Source: Eledone cirrhosa
Lineage: Eukaryota
Direction of reading: 5' to 3'
DNA length: 64,000 nucleotides
Assembly: GCA_964016885.1 (NCBI GenBank)
Contig: OZ024742.1
Coordinates: forward strand, 24,304,001-24,368,000
A program made the position numbers and the translations under genes. This document shows, in pieces, positions 15,772 through 28,259 of the stretch (position 1 is the stretch's first letter; each line of letters opens with the position of its first letter). The notes under the pieces are model-generated. The model was given only the letters and a program-made list of their open reading frames with translations. It made no database searches and was not told where the DNA came from.

Positions 15772-17381
15772 AAAGCCTTCGACAGAGTCCCCCGCTCCAT
15801 TATCTGGTGGGCTCTTAGAAAACTAGGCGTTGACGAATGGCTTGTGAGGGCTATACAAGCCATGTATAAAGAAACAGTCAGCAAGGTTAGAATTAACAAC
15901 GAATATAGTGAAGAGTTTAGCGTAAAAGTTGGCGTCCATCAGGGCTCTGTTCTCAGCCCCCTACTATTTATTATTGCCCTTCAGGCTATAACAGAGGAGT
16001 TCAAGACAGGCTGCCCATGGGAACTCCTATACGCAGACGACCTGACACTCATAGCGGAATCAATGGCCGAGCTAGAGAAGAAATTCCAAACATGGAAGCA
16101 CGGCCTAGAGTCAAAAGGACTTAAAATTAACCTGGCTAAGACCAAAGTACTAGTTTGTAGGAAAGAAAACAAGGCGGCGGTCCCTTCTGGGAAATGGTCG
16201 TGCTCGGTGTGTAGGAAAGGCGTAGGTAGAAACTCCATTTTATGTCCTAAATGCAAAGTATTGGTGCATAAAAGATGTAGTGGGATCACAGGTAAGCTAA
16301 CTAAGAACATAGATTTTACATGTGGCCGGTGTTCTGGTGCAATAAGTAGCAGCAAGTGCCCACAAATACTAGCTCTTTCAATTGCGCAGAGGGTTCTATA
16401 GAAATAGTGGACAGCTTCCGTTACCGGGGCGATAAAATCAGCAGTGGGGGAGGGTGCTCTGAAAGTACTGTAGCTAGAGTCAGAACTGGTTGGAAAAAGT
16501 TCAGAGAGCTTATACCACTATTAGCTGCTAAAGGGTTCTCCCTAAAAATGAAAGGCAGGTTGTACGATGCCTGCATACGAACAGCAATGCTGCATGGCAG
16601 TGAGACCTGGGCATTGTGTGCAGAGGATATACGCAGACTAGAGAGGAACGAAGCTTGCATGCTCCGCTGGATGTGTAACAGTAATATACGTGAACGGCAA
16701 AGCATAAACGAACTAAGGAAAAAATTAGAGATAAGAGGGATCAGATGTTGTTTACTCGAGAGAAGGCTACGTTGGTATGGACACGTGATGCGCATGAAAG
16801 TCGATAGCTGTATAACAAAGTGCAGGGCAATAAAGATAGACGGTAGTCACGGAATAGGCAGACCTAGAAAAACCTGGGACGAGCTGATAAACTCCGACAT
16901 CACACACTTACACCTCTCCAAGACAATGTCACTGGACCGAGACCTTTGGCGGTACTCAGTAACAGAGAAGACCCGCCTTACCTAAATATATAGTAAAACC
17001 TACTCCAGCCAGTAGGCATCTCTAACAAAATACACCCCGTCCCACCACCACCACCCCCACCCCATCCACACCACCCCGTTCTATGTAAAGTTATGTTGGT
17101 GCCGCGCCATCGAGGCCGAAACAAATGAGATCGTGTAGGTGTCACGACAAAAAAACACACAGTCCACGCTGTAATGTGGCCATGTAGGCAACACGGTAAA
17201 AACCTCCCAGACCCACACTGTAAATGTGGTTGGTGTTAGGAAGGGCATCCAACTGTAGAAAACCTGCCAGACAGTCCTATGCGAGCAAGACAATCACTCT
17301 TGCCTCAAGTGGGACTACCCCCGTCCAAACCCATGCAAGCGTGGAACACGGACGTTAAATGTTGATGATGATGATGATGAT
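15769..17381 (+). mobile_element. 5'-truncated RTE (family RTE-b) with one frameshift (~16365)
   Basis: [27 protein letters not shown]-like finger and WYGHV. 3'UTR ends cggacgttaaa followed by (tga)n. Confidence 0.95.
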
Positions 17382-17501
17382 GTGTGTGTGGGTGTATATG
17401 TGTGTGTGTATATATATATATATGTGCGTGTGTATATCTTTGTGTGTTTGTATTATATATATATTTGTGTATATATATATATATGTGTGTGTGGGTGTAT
17501 A

Positions 17502-17555
<54 letters not shown>

Positions 17556-17644
17556 GGTGTATATGTGTCTGTATATACATACATGTGTGTGGGTGTATAT
17601 TTGTGTGTGTGTATATATATGTGAGTGGGTATGTGTGTTTGTAT

Positions 17645-17722
17645 TTATCATCAGCATTCATCATTTCATTTTACGTCCGCTTTTCCCTGCTTGCAAGGGT
17701 GGGACGGGAACTGATTCTGGCT
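17645..17722 (-). mobile_element. 3' tail of RTE-tailed SINE
   Basis: Reverse complement matches 59520-59612. Confidence 0.75.
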
Positions 17723-18360
17723 TGATTTCTACAGCTGGATGCCCTTTCTAACACCAACCTCATATATATATATGTGTGTGTGGGAATGTATATACATGTG
17801 TATGGAAGGGAAGACATAAAACAACAAGGACGATGATGATGATGATGTTTGTGTGTGTATGCGTATGTGCACCCATACACACACACACACAAACGCACAC
17901 ACACAAACACACACACACACACACAAACACAAACACAAACACACACACACAAACACATAAATGCACACAGACACACATACAAATATGTATGTAGGATGAA
18001 TGGATGACCACTGAGCTAATGGTATTACCTTAATAAAGTTGGGTATTTGGGGAAATAAGTATTTTCTAAGATTTATGGCAGTTCAAGAATTACTTATAGA
18101 AGACTTTACACTTGAGAATAATAACTTGGATCATGATAATGATAATAATTATCATTTTTTATTTTCATTTCAGTGTGGGTGTGATAGGTCTACAAAGCAT
18201 GCATCTCACCACATATTTTAGTATCTTCAGAAGTTTTAGTATTCCTGGTTCTGATTTAATCTTAACATTTTCTGAGTATCATTCTGCTACAAATGCTTTC
18301 ACCCACATTTATTTTAATTCCAAAGTTGTCTTCTGTGGTTAACTTTGTCTTTAATACTTA

Positions 18361-18458
18361 CGAGGTCAATAAAATAAAGTACCAGTCATGCACTGGGGTC
18401 GATTTAATCGACTTTCCCCTCCCCAAAATTGCTGGCCTTGTGCTTGCATAATAAACCA
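18361..18458 (+). mobile_element. Nin-domain SINE fragment
   Basis: aaaataaagtaccagtcatgcactggggtcgatttaatcgac..gctggccttgtgc. Confidence 0.7.
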
Positions 18459-18487
18459 TTATATTAAATGATATACTTTGTTCCTAG

Positions 18488-18665
18488 TGATGGCACATGT
18501 CTTAGTGATTAGAGTGTTGGGCTTACAATTGGCAGGTTGTCAGTTCGATTCCCAGACCAGGCAGTGTATTGTGTCCTTGTGTACGACTTTTTGCTTCATG
18601 TTACACCTGTTTACAGCTGTAGAAATATGTTGCAATGTCACTCGTGCCAAGCTGCATTGGCCATA
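18488..18665 (+). mobile_element. tRNA-derived SINE with CORE-like region
   Basis: A-box-like tgtcttagtga, B-box agttcgattcc, then tgtgtccttg..cagctgtagaaat. Confidence 0.6.
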
Positions 18666-18876
18666 AAAACTGGAGGCTTGGAGAGGGGAGACTGGTATGC
18701 AGAGTGTTAATGAATATAAAAAAGTGAATGAGGTCTAGGTTCCCGTCTTTCAATTCCAATCAAATACATATTGAATCCAATTCCTCTGTTACCTATAGTT
18801 TATTTCTTCCATCATAGATACCTGTCATTAATAAGAAAACAAAGATTGCTGATTGTTATAACTGATTGACAATATG

Positions 18877-18980
18877 GCTCCCGCCGAGGTTGACTTTGCC
18901 TTTCATCCTTACGGGGTCGATAAAATAAAGTACCAGTAATGCACTGGATAATTGCTGGCCTTGTGCCTAACGGAGAAACA
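18877..18980 (+). mobile_element. Nin-domain SINE fragment
   Basis: gactttgcctttcatccttacggggtcgataaaataaagtacc. Confidence 0.75.
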
Positions 18981-19447
18981 ATATGGCTGAGATCTATTAT
19001 CTGCTGATTAATTGTTGCCAGCCTAGTAAATATGTCTTGTTTAAGTTGTTTAACAATAATGATGAAGACAGTTTAACGACATACAATAGATGTTATGTTA
19101 AAATTGAAGATAATGGCGACTTTGTGTTGGTCTCTTCTCTAAGATAGGTGAGCAGTATTAACCAAATATGATAAATTACCAAAATAAAAGCTAACTTTTT
19201 TTATTATAGTGACAATAATATTGCTGCTGTTAGTTATAATAAGTTTATTTAAACAGAAGATTAATTATAAAAATATTAAATAATACTTACAATAACTGCT
19301 TCAGATTTAGAACAATTATATATGCCTATAATTTATCATTCTAAGAAGTTTGATCATGTCTGCTGTGGTATGTATCATAAATATATACATGTATTAAATG
19401 GTGGTCATTATAATAATAATGTTGATGATAATGATAATAATAATAAT

Positions 19448-19892
19448 GGTTTCTTATATAGGCACAAGGCCAGCAATTTTGGGGGAGGCGAAAGTCGATT
19501 AAATCGACCCCAGTGTATTACTGGTACTTTATTTTATTGACCACGGAAGGATGAAAAGCAAAGTTAACCTCGGCAGGATTTGAATTCAGAATGGCAGGGG
19601 CCATAACTCTATACGTCAAAGCATGGTGTCTGACCCTCTACTGATACTGCCAATCCACAGCTATAATGATAATAATAATTTCTCGTATAGGCACAAGGCC
19701 AGTAATTTTGGGGGAGAGGAAAGTCGATTAAATTGATCCCAGTATGTTACTGGTGCTATATTTTATCGACCCCGTAAGGATGAAAGGCAAAGTTAACCTT
19801 GGGGGGATTTAAACTTGGACCATAAAGGGCCGCAACTGTATGCTGCAAAGCATGGCGTCCGACCCTCTACCGATACTGCCAATTCACCGCCC
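19448..19892 (-). mobile_element. two tandem Nin-domain SINEs (19448-19662, 19678-19892)
   Basis: Two similar ~215-bp units containing ggatgaaa(a/g)gcaaagttaacct, with (AAT)n spacers. Confidence 0.8.
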
Positions 19893-20174
19893 TTAATAAT
19901 AATAATAATAAATATGATAGTGAAGATAAGAATACAGCAATATCGAAAAGGGGAAAGTGATGCTATTTTTTACTCTGTTAATTCAGAATTATTAATCTTT
20001 AGCAAAATATTCCATGGAAACTAATGTCGAATTAACAAAACAGTTTAATTATATTCATAATCATGATATTTTCCTTATAAAATATCATATAACTATTTGA
20101 CATTGCCATCATCATCATCATCATCGTAAAGAACATTGTTTTGTCATTATCAATGTTGTTCACATTATTACTGT

Positions 20175-20747
20175 TGTTGCTATAACACCAATGTCGCTGT
20201 GGTTCCACAGTGGACTCTTTCGGCCTCCACCCGCTTTCCTGTTGCCACAGTGCCGGCCGCATTCCACGCCATGCTGCCCTCAATGAGGTCGATTATGCAT
20301 GGCTTGGATGCTGCAGGCTTCCCTTCCCAGCTCGAGGTGGTGGGGCTAGATCGAGAGGATGGCATGACCATCTTCCCGTTCCATGGTGGCAAACCTCTCG
20401 TCTGGGATGCCCCTTGCACCAACATTTTCTGCAGCTGCAGCCTGGTGCAGTCTGCGACTAACGCAGATTCTGTTGCAATTTGGGCTGAGGGGGCCAAACT
20501 CCTCAAATACTGGTTGCTCTCTGACAGGTTTGCGGTCGTAACCCTGGCAGTGGAGACTTCTGGTTTCCTCGGCCCCAGGGCTACCTCCTTAATCACCACC
20601 ATAGGCGCTGAGCTGACCAGCCCCAGGTGTAAGCCCTGCGAGTTAGAGTGGCCTTTCCAGTGCATCTCAATTTCCGTCCACCAGGGAAACGCCTTCTCCA
20701 TTCTGTCTGACGGGGCTGTTGGTGGGCCTCATCGCATACCATTGTAG
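20175..20747 (+). mobile_element. 3' fragment of a CRE-like (restriction-like endonuclease) non-LTR retrotransposon
   Basis: Knuckle [21 protein letters not shown], then in a shifted frame [40 protein letters not shown]. The PD motif region is deleted. Confidence 0.85.
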
Positions 20748-21080
20748 TTGTTGTAGAAGAAACAGGAAGACAACAACTGGAAACTACATGATGAGTACTG
20801 AAAATTTAATTAAGGCTGCCCAATTTTGAAAACGATCTGAATTGATAATAAAGACTAAAATACAGTTATTACTGTCATCATTAGAATCTTCATTGTTCAA
20901 TGACATTTTGAGAAAAATTACAGTGTGCTGATATATTGCTAAAACTGTGTAAAGCACAACTCCATATACATATTATATATATATGTATATATTTACATAT
21001 ATATATATATATATACATATTATATATATATGTATATATTTACATATATATATACCTATGTATATATATAAATATATATA

Positions 21081-22323
21081 TAAGTTCTAGTTTGTAAGAA
21101 AGAAAATAAGCCGGCGGTCCCCTCCGGGAAGTGGCCATGCACAGAGTGTAGGAAAGGCGTAGGTAGAAATTCCATTTTGTGTCCCAAATGCAAAGTTTGG
21201 GTGCATAAAAGATGTAGTGGGATCACAGGTAAGCTAACTAAGAACATAGATTTTACATGTGGCCGGTGTTCTGGGGCAATAAGTAGCAGCAAGTGCCCAC
21301 AAAATACTAGCTCTTTCAACTGCGCAGAGGGTTCTATAGAAATAGTGGACAGCTTCCGTTACCTGGGTGACAAAATCAGCAGTGGGGGAGGGTGCTCTAA
21401 AAGTACAGTAGCTATAGTCAGAACTGTGTGGAAAAAGTTCAGAGAGCTTATACCACTATTAGCCGCTAAAGGGTTCTCCCTAAAAATGAAAGGCAGGCTG
21501 TATGATGCCTGCATACGAACAGCAATGTTGCATGGCAGTGAGACCTGGGCATTGTGTGCAGAGGATATACGCAGACTAGAGAGAAACAAAGCTTGCATGC
21601 TCCGCTGGATGTGTAATAGTAATATACGTGAACGACAAAGCATAAACGAACTAAGGAAAAAATTAGAAATAAGAGGGATCAGATGTTGTTTACTAGAGAG
21701 AAGGCTACGTTGGTATGGTCACGTGATGCGCATGAAGGATGATAGCTGTATAACAAAGTGCTGGGCAATAAAGATAGACGGTAGCCACGGAATAGGCAGA
21801 CCCAGAAAAACCTGGGACGAGCTGATAAACTCCGACCTCACACACTTACACCTCACCAAGACAATGTCACTGGACCGAGACCTTTGGCGGAACTCAGTAA
21901 TAGAGAAGACCCGCCTTACCTAAATACAAAGTAAAACCTACTACAGTCAGTAGGCATCTCTAACAAAATACACCCCCGTCCCACCACCCTCACCCCATCC
22001 ACACCGCCCCCTTCTATGTAAAGTTATGTTGGTGCCACACTATCCAGGCCAAAACAAATGAGATCGTGTAGGTGTCACGACAAAAAAACACACAGTCCAC
22101 GCTGTAATGTGGCCGTGTAGGCAACACGGTAAAAACCTCCCAGACCCACACTGTAAATGTGGTTGGTGTTAGGAAGGGCATCCAACTGTAGAAAACCTGC
22201 CAGACAGTCCTATGCGAGCAAGACAATCACTCTTGCCTCAAGTGGAAAAACCCCCGTCCAAACCCATGCAAGCGTGGAACACGGACGTTAAACGTTGATG
22301 ATGATGATGATGATGATGATGAT
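21081..22323 (+). mobile_element. 5'-truncated RTE (family RTE-b)
   Basis: PHD-like finger plus C-terminal domain ORF 21177-21923, 3'UTR and (GAT)n tail. The 5' end lies in (TA)n. Confidence 0.95.
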
Positions 22324-22470
22324 ATATATATATATTTATATGTATATTTATTAAAATAACAGATTAAAGTTTAAGCAAAGAATCGGTGTTATTACTATAT
22401 ATATATGTACATATATATGCACATATGTATATATATATAAATATATATATATACATATGTATATATATAT

Positions 22471-23088
22471 TTCGTTTCTGAATTTGTTTAGCAAGATTCT
22501 TTATCTGAAAACGTGTGTTGAAACCGATATTGTTATACTTTGGGAGGGTCATGTTGCCAATAAGAAACACACGCACCAGTTGCTTTCACTTCAATTTATT
22601 ATAATAAATTTATAAATTTAGGAATTCATAAATTTCCGGTTGGCTGGTTGGTTCCACAATCAGATGGTTGTTTATATATTGTCAAAATTTTTTCAACACA
22701 TATTCTGTGACCTCTTCAGTGACTGGGGATTCTTTTCTTTGTTTTTGTGCCTCTCCTTTGTTCTGTCCTACGCCAACTTCTGAGGTGGCGTAGGACAGAA
22801 CAAAGGAGAGGCACAAAAACAAAGAAAAGAATCCCCAGTCACTGAAGAGGTCACAGAATATGTGTTGAAAAAATTTTGACAATATATAAACAACCATCTG
22901 ATTGTGGAACCAACCAGCCAACCGGAAATTTATGAATTCCTAAATTTATAAATTTATTATAATAAATTGAAGTGAAAGCAACTGGTGCGTGTGTTTCTTA
23001 TTGGCAACATGACCCTCCCAAAGTATAACAATATCGGTTTCAACACACGTTTTCAGATAAAGAATCTTGCTAAACAAATTCAGAAACG

Positions 23089-23090
<2 letters not shown>
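22471..23090. repeat. 620-bp fold-back palindrome of a PLE 3' terminus (pLTR), HHR motif in each arm
   Basis: 305-bp arms that appear identical, with a 10-nt loop (22776-22785). Arms match the end of the PLE at 37482-37790. Confidence 0.95.
22838..22880 (+). ncRNA. degenerate minimal type I hammerhead motif (mirror copy 22681-22723 on minus strand)
   Basis: gtca CTGAAGA ggtcaca-gaata-tgtgtt GAAA aaattt tgac. Stems II and III are mutated relative to the 44776 copy. Confidence 0.6.
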
Positions 23091-23134
<44 letters not shown>

Positions 23135-23344
23135 GCATGTGTATATAGGTATATATACTTATATATTTATATATATATATATATATATGTATCTGTATAC
23201 ATGTATATCTATGTATATGTATATATATACGTATGTATATATATGTATGTATATATATATGTATGTATATATATATGTATATATATTTATATATATATGT
23301 ATGTATATATATATATACAGTATATATATGTGTATATATATATA

Positions 23345-23576
23345 TATTAGAAATGTAAGCTATCGCCGTATTTTGACTAAAGAAATTAAAAAAATTATTT
23401 AGCCTGATAGTGGAGTTAAGAACCCTGGGAGAAATGGAAAAAGATGAGTATTGACGTACAGTACGTCAATATTCATCTTTTTTCCATTTCTCCCAGGGTT
23501 CTTAACTCCACTATCAGGCTAAATAATTTCTTTAATTTCTTTAGTCAAAATACGGCAATAACTTACATTTCTAATA
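23345..23576. repeat. near-perfect 232-bp palindrome (MITE or fold-back)
   Basis: Arms centred on gacgtac-a-gtacgtc (23460) with a few mismatches. Confidence 0.9.
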
Positions 23577-23615
23577 ATTTCAAACCCACTCGCTGTTTCG
23601 AAAATATTCTTACTT

Positions 23616-23691
<76 letters not shown>

Positions 23692-24465
23692 TGTATGTAT
23701 ATATATGTATATATATGTATATATATGTATATACATGTATATATATATATATATATGTATATATTTAATATTAAGGATACTATTTATAGTTATGAATATT
23801 TTAAACTATAAACAGGAAGGTCAGTAATTTATTACTACCTCATTACCAGTAAGATAAATAGCTCAATGTAAGAACATCTGTTGTTCTACAGAGCAGTTAT
23901 ATAGAATTCACAAGAATCAAAGCTATGTTCAAAGCATTTATTCACTTAAAATTGTTTCATCCAAACCTAGGATTGGAGTCTTCGGAGCATTTTTCAATGC
24001 TTGTACATATAATTGACCTCCTATCCAACGTAAGAGACATATAGATACATATATAAATATTGATTTACAGTGGAGTGACATATATTATACTATACTATTT
24101 TTGTACAGCAATTCAAATTTAAAATCAAAATTAAAATACATGCGGCAGATAACACAGATAATGCAAGAGGATAGTTCGATAATCAGATCTAATAGATAGT
24201 GTATGAGTTAGTCATACATGGAGCATGTAAATGTGTCTCATTTATATACGAGTATTGCGTGGCAAGGTGTTACATGTAATGCAAGCATTTTAAGCGTGAA
24301 AATGGTGGTGGATGCAAAAACTATAACTTTCTTTTTCTGCACACATACTTTTTTGATCTATACAAAAAATGCCCTCCCACTACAACCACCATAATACTGA
24401 TGCTTACCCGCTTAAAGTGGTTTCATTACATGTAACACTTATCTTTATCGTTCCAAAATACCTTA

Positions 24466-24495
24466 TCCCGTGCAACGCCGGGTACAACTGGTAGT
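24466..24495 (+). mobile_element. Helitron-like 3' terminus
   Basis: cccgtgcaacgccggg hairpin followed by tggtag|t (CTAG variant). The 5' extent is unclear. Confidence 0.45.
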
Positions 24496-24516
24496 ATATA
24501 TATATATATATGTATA

Positions 24517-24574
<58 letters not shown>

Positions 24575-24925
24575 GACGTCATATTTAATTTGTTGGGATT
24601 CAACAAGCTTAAACATTTTTATAACATTTTTATAACTAATTCTCTATATTTATCTCCAAATTATTTGTTGAGCAAAACTTGCCGAAATTACTACTATGGT
24701 TCATGGTAGTAGTTAGGCTATTGTCTTATTACCACTCCACTCCTCACTGATTAACCTCAGTGTCACGTGATTGATTCTTTAGAATTTGCCACTGACCAAG
24801 TAGGCAGTGAATTTTTTCAGTGCCCTGGAATTTAGTCCCCGCTCGCTTTTTTCCATCCACTGAATTATTATTTTTATATGGGTTCCTAGTGTCCGCGCAT
24901 TGCCTGGGAACTTAGCTAAGAATAG

Positions 24926-25007
24926 ACTCCCTGATGACGTAAGGTTTTCTCTATGTTTGCGTTGCGTAACTATATTTATTCCCTTACAGAAACTAATTAG
25001 TTGGAGT
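24926..25007 (+). ncRNA. type I hammerhead ribozyme motif
   Basis: actcc CTGATGA c gtaagg...ccttac a GAAA ctaattag TT^ggagt. Palindromic stem III. Confidence 0.8.
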
Positions 25008-25452
25008 GAAAATTTTAGTAAGTTAATTTTAAAATTTTCTTATTTTACGTCTTTCATATAATTGTTCTGCATCCCCTTGCATAGAACCACAAAGGTACTA
25101 AGACATAACATATATATTTGCTAGCATAGGTATACATCTGTATACATACGTTGGTAGATATACTAATTCTCTATATTTATCTCCAAATTATTTGTTGAGC
25201 AAAACTTGCCGAAATTACTACTATGGTTCATGGTAGTAGTTAGGTTCTTGTCTTATTACCACTCCACTCCTCACTGATTAACCTCAGTGTCACGTGATTG
25301 ATTCTTTAGAATTTGCCACTGACCAAGTAGGCAGTGAATTTTTTCAGTGCTCTGGAATCTAGTCCCCGCTCGCTTTTTTCCATCCACTGAATTATTATTT
25401 TTATATGGGTTCCTAGTGTCCGCGCACTGTCTGGGAACTTAACTGAGAATAG

Positions 25453-25534
25453 GCTCCCTGTTGACGTAAGGATTTCTCTATGGTTGCGTTGCGTAACTAT
25501 ATTTATTCCCTTACAGAAACTAATTAGTTGGAGT
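25453..25534 (+). ncRNA. type I hammerhead motif, core mutated (CTGTTGA)
   Basis: Second-unit copy of 24926-25007. Confidence 0.65.
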
Positions 25535-25582
25535 GAAAATTTTAGTAAGTAAGTTAATTTTAAAATTTTCTTATTTTACGTC

Positions 25583-25617
<35 letters not shown>

Positions 25618-26450
25618 AGTCGTTTGGAAGCCTCGACAATGCTATTGCGTAAATCTCCGGGTAACAAGATCCGGTGGTGGAGAGAGAGATGTAAGTGGGT
25701 GTACGTTGAGATGCGTGGTGTGTATAAGATGTGTAGAAGAATGAAGAGAAGAGTATAAAGGATAAAATAAAAATAACAACACAAGAGAGAGTTACCTTGG
25801 GAGAGATTTAATAGTCCCTATATATTTCGGATTCACATCCATCAACTGGGGGTTTTTTTCCGGGGTGGCGGAAAGGTTGTCTGTCGGACAGGTGCGAAAC
25901 GCGTCCTCCGCTGTTTGTTGTTTTGAATATCTGAGGTATTCGGCAGAGCGCGCGTGCGCGTGAAATGGAGTCGGTCGGGCAGAGGTCAGCGGCCGAGTGA
26001 GGGAGTGGGGTGGCGCTAGCTGTCATTCCATTCTCTGCCTGTTTGTTAAATGTTACTGTGTATGTGTGTGCGTGTGTGTGTTGTTGTCTCGCTTGAGTGT
26101 GTGTGTGTGTGTGCGTGTGTTGTTGCCTTGTTCCTCTGTATTGGCAGTGCAGTATGTTCGTATGGTGGAATGCTACTGTGTGTGTGTGCGTGTGTGTAGT
26201 TGTCTCATTTGTGTGTGTGCGTGCGTGTGTTGTGTGTTGCTGCATCGTTTGTTAACTTAAACCAGCCATCTCATTTCGCTTCTCTCTGATCGGTTGTATA
26301 TTTGCGGTTGCTGGCGTTTGATAAAAAGCGCTTCCTTGATACGTAACGTGCCGACGTTTCTTTCAGTCGCTAGAATTGTGACAATGGGCCTTCCGTCTTT
26401 GTTTCCGCATTTGTCTATGTGTTTCCGGAAAGACGAGGCCCTGGTTTTAT

Positions 26451-27558
26451 TGCTTCGGGCTCACCACCACTGACATCCACCAACTCCTATCCATCGTCGT
26501 CGACACTTAGGATTCCTTGACCAAACATACCAACAAACCTCGGGATTTCCCAAGGGATCAAGCCTATCAGCGAGCTCTTACATGGACAACCTCGAACGCA
26601 AGGCACTCAACGCCTGCCACCCCAACACCGTAGCCTTTTTCTCAAGGTACGTGGACGATATCCTCATCCTCACATCTTCCCAAGACACGGCGAACAGAAT
26701 CCATGAGACGTTCAACAACACGGACGAGAACATTGACTTCAGTGTTGAACACCCCAACGAAGACGGGTCACTTTCCCTCCTCGACTTCCGAATCAACATC
26801 ACGGAACAGGGAAGGATCCACTGCAACTTCTACCGAAAGGCAGCCTGCAGGGACCTGTTCATTCACTACAAGTCCGCCCTCCCTAACAGTGCCAAAAGGG
26901 GATACATCACGAACGAGATCGCCGAATAAAAAACAGATGCAGCGATCCCGCGAGTGATGTCACTCATACCAAGCGATTCCTCGAGGTGCTGGAGACGAAC
27001 GGGTACCCTACCTCGATCACAGACAGAATAGGAGACACCAGACACAAGAGAGAGAGAGGCACCCAAGGCAAGTGCTTCCTTAAAATTCCACACCTGGGCG
27101 AGAATACCACCAACGCTATCCGCAAGGCTATACGGAGGGAGGGCCTCGACATCCACCTGGCCCACTCGGGCTCCTCCCTACGAAGATGCCTCTCCAGGAA
27201 ACCCGGGAAATCTACTGACGCTTGCTCCCTCAGAGACTGCCCGATACGCCATGCGAACTGTTGCCTACGCACATACGTCGTGTATAAGATAGAATGTGAC
27301 AGGTGCAACCAATACTACATAGGTAGCACAATCCGACCTTTGCACATCCGGATCAAGGAGCACACTAAAACCAGGGCCTCGTCTTTCCGGAAACACATAG
27401 ACAAATGCGGAAACAAAGACGGAAGGCCCATTGTCACAATTCTAGCGACTGAAAGAAACGTCGGCACGTTACGTATCAAGGAAGCGCTTTTTATCAAACG
27501 CCTGCAACCGCAAATAAACAACCGATCAGAGAGAAGCGAAATGAGATGGCTGGTTTAA
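26451..27558 (+). pseudogene. PLE RT (RYVDD, LSLLDF) plus C-terminal GIY-YIG endonuclease, frameshifted
   Basis: ORFs 26582-26929 and 26986-27558. VVYKIECDRCNQYYIGSTIRPLHIRIKEH..EALFI..PQIN. Confidence 0.9.
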
Positions 27559-27907
27559 GTTAACAAACGATGCAGCAACACACAACACACGCACGCACAC
27601 ACACAAATGAGACAACTACACACACACAGTAGCATTTCACCATACCAACATACTACACTGCCAATACAGAGGAACAAGGCAACAACACACGCACACACAT
27701 ACACAGTAACATTTAACAAACAGGCAGAGAATGGACTGACAGCTAGCGCCACCCCACTCCCTCATTCGGCCGCTGACCTCTGCCCGACCGACCCCATTTC
27801 ACGCGCACGCGCACTCTGCCGAATACCTCAGATATTCAAAACAACAAACAGCGGAGGACGCGTTTCACACCTGTCCGACAGACAACCTTTCCCCACCCCG
27901 GAAAAAC

Positions 27908-27944
27908 CCCCCAGTTGATGGATGTGAATCCGAAATATATAGGG
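27908..27944 (+). ncRNA. minimal hammerhead-like motif with non-canonical core (mirror 25816-25852 on minus strand)
   Basis: ccc CAGTTGA t ggat-gtga-atcc GAAA tata TA^ggg. Confidence 0.6.
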
Positions 27945-28259
27945 ACTATTAAATCTCTCCCAAGGTAACTCTCTCTTGTGTTGTTATTTTAATTTTATCC
28001 TTTATACCCTTCCCTTCATTCTTCTACACATTTACACATCTTATACACACCACGCATCTCAACGTACACCCACTTACATCTCTCTCTCCACCACCGGATC
28101 TTGTTACCCGGAGATTTACCCATTTGCATTGTCGAGGCTTCCAAACGACTAAAAGATATTTGCATAACTCACTCGATATGCAAATTAGGCTGCTCAGCCG
28201 TTAATTTTCATAAGGAAAGTATATACTTTCGAACGTTCAACCATCTGGCAGAAGGGTAT

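Larger units (their letters stand above)
24635..25590 (+). repeat. ~1.8x tandem repeat, 527-bp unit, one hammerhead per unit (retrozyme candidate 1)
   Basis: Unit starts at 24635 and 25162. High identity between units, no ORF. Confidence 0.9.
25614..28152 (+). mobile_element. 5'-truncated Penelope-like element with inverted 5' pLTR
   Basis: 25614-26447 is the reverse complement of ~27367-28152. The interior encodes RT and GIY-YIG. Confidence 0.95.

Noticed and set aside
19448-19892. CRISPR-like or functional tRNA interpretation of the repeated units
   Set aside because: These are eukaryotic SINE copies with no repeat-spacer structure and no complete cloverleaf.
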